DNA of 64,000 nucleotides from Nannocystis bainbridge. GTDB taxonomy: Bacteria; Myxococcota_A; Polyangia; Nannocystales; Nannocystaceae. The stretch lies in NCBI RefSeq assembly GCF_028368995.1, contig NZ_JAQNDL010000003.1:1632001-1696000 (forward strand), given 5' to 3'. A model generated the notes under the pieces. It did not search any database. It was not told the origin of the DNA and saw only the letters and a program-made list of their open reading frames with translations. Positions 57,675 through 64,000 of the stretch are shown here, in pieces. A program made the translations under genes and the position numbers. Position 1 is the stretch's first letter. Each line of letters starts with the position of its first letter.

Positions 57675-58886
57675 GTGACCTTCCCGCTCGACCACGTCCG
57701 CTCGCAGTTCCCCGGCCTCGCTTGCGACGAGGTCTTCCTCGACAACGCTGGCGGCTCGCAGATCCTCGGCGGCGTCATCGACGGCATCGGCGCCTACCTG
57801 CGCGACTGCAACGTCCAGCACGGCGCCACCTACGGCGCCTCGCAGCGGGCCGTCGCCCAGGTCACCGCCGGCAAGGAGGCGCTCGCCTCCCTGTTCGGCG
57901 GCGGACCGGGCACCGTCGTGTTCGGCCCCTCGACCACGCAGATCATCTTCAACATCGCCGTCGCGCTCGGGCCCTCGCTGCGGCCGGGTGACGAGATCGT
58001 CGTCACCGAGGCCGACCACGAGGCCAACGTCGGCGCCTGGCGGCGCGTCGCCGCCCAGCGGGGCGCCGAGGTCAAGGTGTGGCCCCTCGATCGCGCCCGT
58101 CAGACCCTCGAGCTGGCCGACCTCGCCCCGCTGCTCGGCCCACGCACGCGGCTCGTGTGCATGACCCACTGCTCCAACATCCTCGGCACCATCTTCGACG
58201 TGCGCGCCGCCGCCGAGCTGGTGCATCGGGCCGGCGCCCGGCTGTTCGTCGACGGCGTGGCCTACGCCCCGCACGGCCCGATCGACGTCGCCGCGCTCGG
58301 CGTCGACGGCTACGTCTTCAGCGTCTACAAGGTCTACGGCCCGCACCTCGCCGCTGCCTGGCTCGCGCCCGAGCTGTTCGCCGAGCTCGCCAACATCAAC
58401 CACGACTTCTACGACTGCGGCCCGTACCGCCTGCAGCCCGGCGGCGTCAATTACGAGCTCGTCGCGGCCAGCGCGGCGATCGCCCGCTACCTCGACGATC
58501 TCGGCGAGCGCCTCGGCCCCGGCCCCGACCCGCGCGGGCGCGCCTGGGCCGCCATCGCCGCCCACGAGGCCGACCTCGCCGAGCACTTGCTCGGGTTCCT
58601 CGGGACATGTCCCAAAGTCCATGTCGTCGGGGACATCCGCCCTGGCCGGGCCGTGCGCGTGCCGACCATCAGCTTCGTGGTCGACGGCGTGCCCTCGCCG
58701 ACCATCCCGGCGCAGGTCGATCCGCACGGCGTCGGCGTCCGCTTCGGCGATTTCTGCTCGCGCCCCCTGGTCGACGCGCTCGGCCTGCGCCCCCACGGCG
58801 GGGTCGTGCGCGTCTCGCTGGTCCACTACAACAGCCACGCCGAGGTCGAGCGGCTGATCGCCGCCCTGCGCCCGATCGTCGCCTGA
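57675..58886 (+). CDS. Cysteine desulfurase-like PLP aminotransferase class V
   Basis: VRSQFP, LDNAGGSQ, DHEAN, VDGVAYAPH, SVYKVYGPH, VRVSLVHYN. Confidence 0.88.
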   Translation: MTFPLDHVRSQFPGLACDEVFLDNAGGSQILGGVIDGIGAYLRDCNVQHGATYGASQRAVAQVTAGKEALASLFGGGPGTVVFGPSTTQIIFNIAVALGPSLRPGDEIVVTEADHEANVGAWRRVAAQRGAEVKVWPLDRARQTLELADLAPLLGPRTRLVCMTHCSNILGTIFDVRAAAELVHRAGARLFVDGVAYAPHGPIDVAALGVDGYVFSVYKVYGPHLAAAWLAPELFAELANINHDFYDCGPYRLQPGGVNYELVAASAAIARYLDDLGERLGPGPDPRGRAWAAIAAHEADLAEHLLGFLGTCPKVHVVGDIRPGRAVRVPTISFVVDGVPSPTIPAQVDPHGVGVRFGDFCSRPLVDALGLRPHGGVVRVSLVHYNSHAEVERLIAALRPIVA

Positions 58887-59026
58887 ACGGCCCGTCCTGG
58901 AGGCGGGTCGCCGCTCGCGCCGCGGCCCGTCGCCGCCTGCCGGGCGATCCGTCACCGCCCGTGAGCACGGTTCCCTCCGCGTCGCTCTCTTGGCGCTGCG
59001 GCGCGCTCGGCCTAAGCTGTCCCGAC

Positions 59027-61270
59027 GTGACGCCCCCGCCCGGAACCGCGCCCGCGCCCGACCCGACCGGCCCTGACGAGGCCGACCGGGCCATGGAGCA
59101 GCTCATGCGCTTCCTGGCGATCCTGCGCCGGCGCTGGCTGGTCGTCGCGATCGTCACGGTGCTGGCCCTCGCCGGCGCCGCGATCGCCATCACCGCCCTG
59201 CAGCCGCGCTGGCGGGCCAGCGCCACCGTCGTGCTCCACCTCGGCGGCCCGCAGGTGCTCGACAAGGTCAAGAACGTCACCGAGGACACCGAATCGCGGC
59301 TCCTCGCTTACAAAGAGTACTACCAGACCCAGCGCGAGATCATCGGCAGCCGCGCCGTCGCCGAGCGGGCCCTCGCCGCTCTCGGCCTCGCGCAAGATCC
59401 GGTGTTCCTCGGCCTCGCCGACATCGGCTCCGAGGCCGAGCGCATGGCCCTGGCCGCCGAGGTCGACCCGATCGAGCGCCTGCGCGGGATGGTGTTCGTC
59501 GAGGAGGTCCGCGGCTCGCGGGTGCTCAAGATCAGCGCCGACTACCCCGACCCGCAGATCGCCGCCGACATCGCCAACGCGCTCGCCGAGGCCTACCTCG
59601 CCCACGTCGACGCCTCGCGCATGCGCACCGGCGACGCCGCCAAGGCCAACATGGAGACCGAGCGCGCCAAGGCCCTCGCCGCGCTCCAGCGGGCCGAGAA
59701 GGCCCTCTCCGACTTCAAGCAGCAGCACGGCATCAGCTCGATCTCCCTCGCCGACCGCCAGAACGTCATCACCGAGGCGATCATCAAGACCACCGCCAAC
59801 CTCAAGGACGCCGAGGCCGAGTCGTTCGCCGCCGGCGCCGTCCACGAAGAGGCCGAGCGCCTGCACAAGGCCGGCAGCATCGCCGGCGCCAGCCTGCTCC
59901 CGCCGCTCGAGCGCCGCGTCTTCGAGGACATGCGCGCCGAGGAGCTCGAGGCCGAACGCGAGGTCGAGCAGCTCAGCGTCAAGTACGGCGACAAGATGCC
60001 CGAGCTGCAGCAGGCCAAGAGGCGCCTGCGCATGATCCAGGGCCGCATCGCCAAGGAAGAGAAGGAGCTGCTCGCGGGCATCAAGGCCCGCGCCAACGCG
60101 GCCCGCAAGACCGAGGTGCGCCTGCACGGCTCGCTCGACGGCGAGAAGGCCAAGGCCCTCGGCCTCACCCTGCTCGAGCGGCAGTACCGCGAGCTCGAGC
60201 GCGAGTCCAAGACCGCCGCCGAGTCCTACGAGCTGGTGTCGAAGCGCGACACCGAGATCGAGATGCTCGGCCGCATGCAGTCGGAGGACATCGAGATCCT
60301 CGACCGCGCCACCCGGGGCCGCAAGCCGGTGTTCCCGCCCAAGGCGCTGCTGGTCGCGGTGGCGCTGGTCAGCGGCCTCACCCTCGGCGCCCTGCTGGCC
60401 CTCGGCGTCGACGTCCGCGACAACCGGATCCGCGGCCTCCTCGACCTCGAGCGCGCCCTCGCCGGCCTCGGCCTGCCGGTGCTCGGTCAGCTGCCGCTCC
60501 TGCCCGCCGACGCCCGCATCGGCGTCAGCAACCTGCGCGCGCAACGGCGCCAGCGCGACCTCCACACCCTGCTGTTCCCGCAGTCGCTGATGGCCGAGCG
60601 CGTCCGCGGCGTGCGGACCTCGCTCGGCTTCGCCGCCGGCAAGGACGGCCTGCGCACCCTCGTCGTCACCTCGCCCAACTCCGGCGAGGGCAAGAGCTCG
60701 ACCGCCGTCAACCTGGCGATGAGCTTCGTCCAGTCCAAGAAGCGCGTGGTGCTCATCGACGCCGACATGCGCCGCCCCCGGCTGCACCAGGTGTTCGAGC
60801 CGCCGATCGGCCGCGAGGTCGACGGCCTCGCGCGCGTGCTCGCGGGCAAGTGCACGCTCGACGAGGCGCTGATCACCGGCGGCGACGTGCCGGAGGGGAT
60901 GTCGCTGCTGCTGTGCGGGGAGATCCCGCAAAACCCGTCGGAGCTGCTGGAGAGCCCGCAGACGCGCAAGCTGCTGGCGGAGCTCGGCGAGCGCTTCGAC
61001 CTGGTGGTGCTCGACACGCCGCCGGTGCTGCCGGTCAGCGACCCGCTGATCCTCGCGCGCATGGCCGACGGGGTGGTGGTGGTGGCCCGCTGCCAGGCGA
61101 CCACCCGCGCCGGCCTGCAGCGCGCCCTCGCCACCCTGCGCCGCAGCGAGGCCAACCTGCTCGGCGTGGTCCTCAACGAGGTCGACGCCCGCCGCGAAGA
61201 GGCCGGCTACGGCGCGGGCTATTACTCGTACCACGCCGACCCCAAAGCCGCCGCGCAGGGCTCGGCGTAG
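59027..61270 (+). CDS. wzc: Polysaccharide co-polymerase / BY tyrosine kinase (Wzc/GumC family)
   Basis: Two TMs around a coiled coil; Walker A SPNSGEGKS, IDADMRRP, VLDTPP; C-terminal Tyr cluster GYGAGYYSY. Confidence 0.9.
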   Translation: MTPPPGTAPAPDPTGPDEADRAMEQLMRFLAILRRRWLVVAIVTVLALAGAAIAITALQPRWRASATVVLHLGGPQVLDKVKNVTEDTESRLLAYKEYYQTQREIIGSRAVAERALAALGLAQDPVFLGLADIGSEAERMALAAEVDPIERLRGMVFVEEVRGSRVLKISADYPDPQIAADIANALAEAYLAHVDASRMRTGDAAKANMETERAKALAALQRAEKALSDFKQQHGISSISLADRQNVITEAIIKTTANLKDAEAESFAAGAVHEEAERLHKAGSIAGASLLPPLERRVFEDMRAEELEAEREVEQLSVKYGDKMPELQQAKRRLRMIQGRIAKEEKELLAGIKARANAARKTEVRLHGSLDGEKAKALGLTLLERQYRELERESKTAAESYELVSKRDTEIEMLGRMQSEDIEILDRATRGRKPVFPPKALLVAVALVSGLTLGALLALGVDVRDNRIRGLLDLERALAGLGLPVLGQLPLLPADARIGVSNLRAQRRQRDLHTLLFPQSLMAERVRGVRTSLGFAAGKDGLRTLVVTSPNSGEGKSSTAVNLAMSFVQSKKRVVLIDADMRRPRLHQVFEPPIGREVDGLARVLAGKCTLDEALITGGDVPEGMSLLLCGEIPQNPSELLESPQTRKLLAELGERFDLVVLDTPPVLPVSDPLILARMADGVVVVARCQATTRAGLQRALATLRRSEANLLGVVLNEVDARREEAGYGAGYYSYHADPKAAAQGSA

Positions 61271-61271
61271 G

Positions 61272-61312
61272 GATGTCTCTTGGGACATGTCTCATTCGAC
61301 ATGTCCCAAGGG
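61272..61312. repeat. 14-bp-phased palindrome array forming a 13-bp hairpin
   Basis: CTTGGGACATGTC-TCATTC-GACATGTCCCAAG directly after the wzc stop codon. Confidence 0.9.
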
Positions 61313-61324
61313 TAACCTAAAATA

Positions 61325-61993
61325 TCACGGGTCCGGCGGCAGCGCCCGGGTGTCGATCACCACGCGCTGCGGGTCGCGCGGGTCGTAGCAGACCGGCAGC
61401 GTCGGACCCTGGAGGTGCGGCCGCGGGTCGTACCAGAACAGCTGGCTCTTCACGAGCCGCAGCCGCCGGTCGCCGGGCAGCACGAACTGGCACAGGATGA
61501 CCCACGGGTGGTGCTCGAGCTCGTCGTCCGAGCGGTCCTGCTCGACCGAGACGATCGTCCCCTCGACCCGCGCCCCGTCGCGCACGATCGCCGCCATCAC
61601 CCGCTCGTGCCGGCGCGCCACCAACAACCAGATCAGCGCCGAGAACACCAGCTGGCCACCGGCGCCGGCGAAGATCAGCGGCAACAGCCAGCGCGCGCCC
61701 CAGGTGTCGATCTCGGCCCACGCGTCGTCGGCCAGGTCGTAGACGATCGGGACCTCCTCCCCGATCGCGTACGGCGTCTGCGTGGCGATGCCGGCGTGGA
61801 ACACCCGCGACTCGCCGCCCTGGGTGACGTAGGCGATGTCCGGCGCGAACAGCTCGTCGACCGGGCGCAGCGACACCACCCGGCCCTCGGCCAGCTGCGT
61901 GGCCGCGAGCGCGCGCGCGCCGACGATCGCGAGGACCAGGCCGACGACGATGAGCACGACCCCGAACAAGCCGACGACCGTCGAACCGCGCAC
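61325..61993 (-). CDS. DUF3592 family membrane protein
   Basis: TM, G.VV...P...Y....G......G...IG..V.I.YD, second TM and a repeated domain (V.YDP.DP). Start uncertain. Confidence 0.7.
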   Translation of the reverse strand: MRGSTVVGLFGVVLIVVGLVLAIVGARALAATQLAEGRVVSLRPVDELFAPDIAYVTQGGESRVFHAGIATQTPYAIGEEVPIVYDLADDAWAEIDTWGARWLLPLIFAGAGGQLVFSALIWLLVARRHERVMAAIVRDGARVEGTIVSVEQDRSDDELEHHPWVILCQFVLPGDRRLRLVKSQLFWYDPRPHLQGPTLPVCYDPRDPQRVVIDTRALPPDP

Positions 61994-62297
61994 CTTCCCA
62001 GAGTGACCGCACGAACGGCGGTGCACAAGCCGACTCGATTGTACTTCGCCGCGGCCGCGCGCGAGCGAGCGACACCACGAGCGCGCCGCGGTCCCCATCG
62101 CCGGGCCGACCAGCCCCGCCCGAAGTCACGCGATGCTCTGCACCGGCCTCGGCGCGAGATGCACCTTGGGACAGGTCGATTCACCCGCGAACACGCGATC
62201 GCGTCGGGGACATATCAGCGCGCGAGGCGGCATCACCCCGATCTGGCGCGCCCGCGCCCGCGCGTCCTCGTCGAGGTCCCCGTGTTACGGTCCGGCC

Positions 62298-63335
62298 ATG
62301 ATCCAACGTTCGCAGGTGTGGTCCTTGTCGGCGATGCTGCTCGTGGCCTGTGGCGACTCCGGCTCCGTCAGCACGGAGAGCACGTCGGCCGGGCCGACCA
62401 CCGACACCGAGGCCGCCACCGATCCGGGCACCTCCACCGACGCCACCAGCTCCGGCACCCCGACCGAGGGCAGCTCCACCGTCGATCCCACCGTCGACCC
62501 CACCGGTGCGACCACCCCCGGCACCACCGAGGGGCCGGGCACCACCGAAGGACCGGGCACCACTGACGGGCCAGGCACCACCACCGAGGCGACCACCGAC
62601 GGCACCACCGGCGGCGCCGACGTCCAGTTGCCGCCGCCCGACGCCGAGTTCGACTACCAGCTCGGCGAGGCCTACGACCCGCCGGGCGAGGTCAAGATCG
62701 TCTCGCGCGACCGCAACGCCGCGCCCGCGCCCGGCATCTACAACATCTGTTACGTCAACGGCTTCCAGGTCCAGCCCGACGAGGAGGACTTCTGGCTCGA
62801 CGATCACCCTGACCTGATCCTGCGCGACGGCATGGGCGATCCGGTGATCGACATCGATTGGCAGGAGATGCTGCTCGACACCAGCACCCCGGAGAAGCGG
62901 GCCGCGCTGGCCGAGATCGTCGGCGGATGGATCTCCGGCTGCGCCGCCGACGGCTACGACGCGATCGAGATCGACAACCTCGACTCTTACTCGCGCTCGC
63001 AGGACCTGCTGACCCAGGACCAGGCCGTCGAATTCATGGCCCTGCTGTCCGCCGTGGCCCACGCCGAGGGCGTGGCGATCGCCCAGAAGAACTCGACCGA
63101 GCTGCTCGATCGCAGGGGCGAGATGGGCACCGACTTCGCGGTCGCCGAGGAGTGCAACACCTACGAAGAGTGCGGCGATTACATCGACGCCTACGGCGAC
63201 GCCGTGCTGATGATCGAGTACGTCGAGAAGGACTTCGCCGACGGCTGCGCCAATTATCCGCAGATGTCGCTCGTCCTGCGCGACCTCGACCTCGTCGGGC
63301 CGGACGACAACGGCTACGTGCGCGACGCCTGCTAG
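62298..63335 (+). CDS. Endo-alpha-1,4-polygalactosaminidase-like (GH114) lipoprotein
   Basis: LLVAC lipobox, Thr stalk, FDYQLG, ICYVNGFQ, GYDAIEIDNLDSY, IAQKN, FAVAEEC, IEY. Confidence 0.85.
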   Translation: MIQRSQVWSLSAMLLVACGDSGSVSTESTSAGPTTDTEAATDPGTSTDATSSGTPTEGSSTVDPTVDPTGATTPGTTEGPGTTEGPGTTDGPGTTTEATTDGTTGGADVQLPPPDAEFDYQLGEAYDPPGEVKIVSRDRNAAPAPGIYNICYVNGFQVQPDEEDFWLDDHPDLILRDGMGDPVIDIDWQEMLLDTSTPEKRAALAEIVGGWISGCAADGYDAIEIDNLDSYSRSQDLLTQDQAVEFMALLSAVAHAEGVAIAQKNSTELLDRRGEMGTDFAVAEECNTYEECGDYIDAYGDAVLMIEYVEKDFADGCANYPQMSLVLRDLDLVGPDDNGYVRDAC

Positions 63336-63336
63336 C

Positions 63337-64000
63337 TCAGCGCTCGCACAGCCGCTCGGCGAGCTGCCGCTCGAACAGCGATTCCGGCACCAGCCCCGGC
63401 TGACCGGCGCCCTCGATGTAGCCGGCGGGCTGGTCGAACGGCGCCGGCGGCTTGTCGCCGGAGAACGTGCCGCTGCCGCCGATCGCGTAGTTCTGGGCGG
63501 TCGGCGGCTGCTGGATGACGGCGACGCCGTCGCCGGTGGCGTAGTTCCAGGCCACCGAGTGGGCCAACGACCAGCCGTGGCCGGTGCCGTAGTCGCCGCG
63601 GTTGTAAAGGCCGAGCACCACCAGCTTGTCCTTGGCCGGCTCGGCGTCGACGACGTTGTCGTAGAGCAGCCCCATGCTCCACCGCCGGTGGCCCTCGCTC
63701 GACGCGTTGGCGCCGGTGGAGGTCGAGCGATGGAACACCACCCCCGAGGTGTACGACGTCCCGTTCGACACGAAGTGATGGCGGCCCCGGGTCGCGTGGC
63801 AGTCGGTGAACAGCACCTGCTGCCCGCCGCTGGCGTCGAAGTTGTACATGCGCTCGCCCGTGATCTGGGCCACCGGGTCGAGCGCGCGCGCGTGGGCCAC
63901 GGTGACCTGCACACCGGTCTGCACCGTGACCGCGGCGAAGCCGAAGTGCAGCGCGGTGAACCGGCGCACCCACGCGTCCTCGACCCCACGCATGGCGATC
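63337..64000 (-). CDS. C-terminal part of a probable beta-helix (pectin lyase-like) protein, starting beyond the window
   Basis: Frame open to the window end; GRHHF, SEGHRRWSMGLLYDN and NRG..GTGHGW motifs. Confidence 0.55.
   Translation of the reverse strand, partial: IAMRGVEDAWVRRFTALHFGFAAVTVQTGVQVTVAHARALDPVAQITGERMYNFDASGGQQVLFTDCHATRGRHHFVSNGTSYTSGVVFHRSTSTGANASSEGHRRWSMGLLYDNVVDAEPAKDKLVVLGLYNRGDYGTGHGWSLAHSVAWNYATGDGVAVIQQPPTAQNYAIGGSGTFSGDKPPAPFDQPAGYIEGAGQPGLVPESLFERQLAERLCER

Noticed and set aside
18965-61312. Palindrome as canonical parS
   Set aside because: Does not match the 16-bp TGTTNCACGTGAAACA-type consensus in length or core.
33-63989. Many long Arg/Pro/Ala-rich alternative-frame and antisense ORFs (e.g. 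350-1735, 11369-13564, 35539-37014 portion, 50627-52936, 59012-61288)
   Set aside because: Shadow ORFs expected in very high-GC DNA; they overlap well-supported genes and lack recognisable motifs.

Overview
High-GC 64 kb window of a myxobacterial chromosome. The attribution, probably Nannocystaceae-like, is inferred from MYXO-CTERM tails, Cys-rich repeats and many lipoproteins with Thr/Ser/Gly stalks. About 55 genes are supportable. They include the tail of an alternative complex III operon (actB-F plus an ActG-like gene) joined to an A2-type caa3 cytochrome c oxidase; a dual Ser/Thr kinase module; TetR and ArsR modules; about 16 secreted lipoproteins (three vWA-like paralogues, two IgGFc-binding-like, Gly-rich, RCC1, GH114); SulP plus beta-carbonic anhydrase; btaAB betaine lipid genes; an orphan vgrG-PAAR pair; an octaheme cytochrome c; and an orphan Wzc. 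No rRNA, tRNA, CRISPR array or transposase was recognised. The most striking unexplained signal is a 14-bp palindrome, TGTCY-N4-RGACA. It occurs singly and in head-to-tail arrays with a 14-bp phase (CATG every 14 nt) at more than 20 loci between about 14 kb and 62 kb, both intergenic and inside genes, where it forces rare codons. It is a candidate chromosome-wide protein-binding or architecture site. Other observations: many apparently leaderless genes (TANNNT 5-9 nt before the start codon), a lower-GC island containing a lipoprotein split at a G8 tract, and two proteins sharing an effector-associated-domain-like module. All calls were made by eye; no database searches were run.
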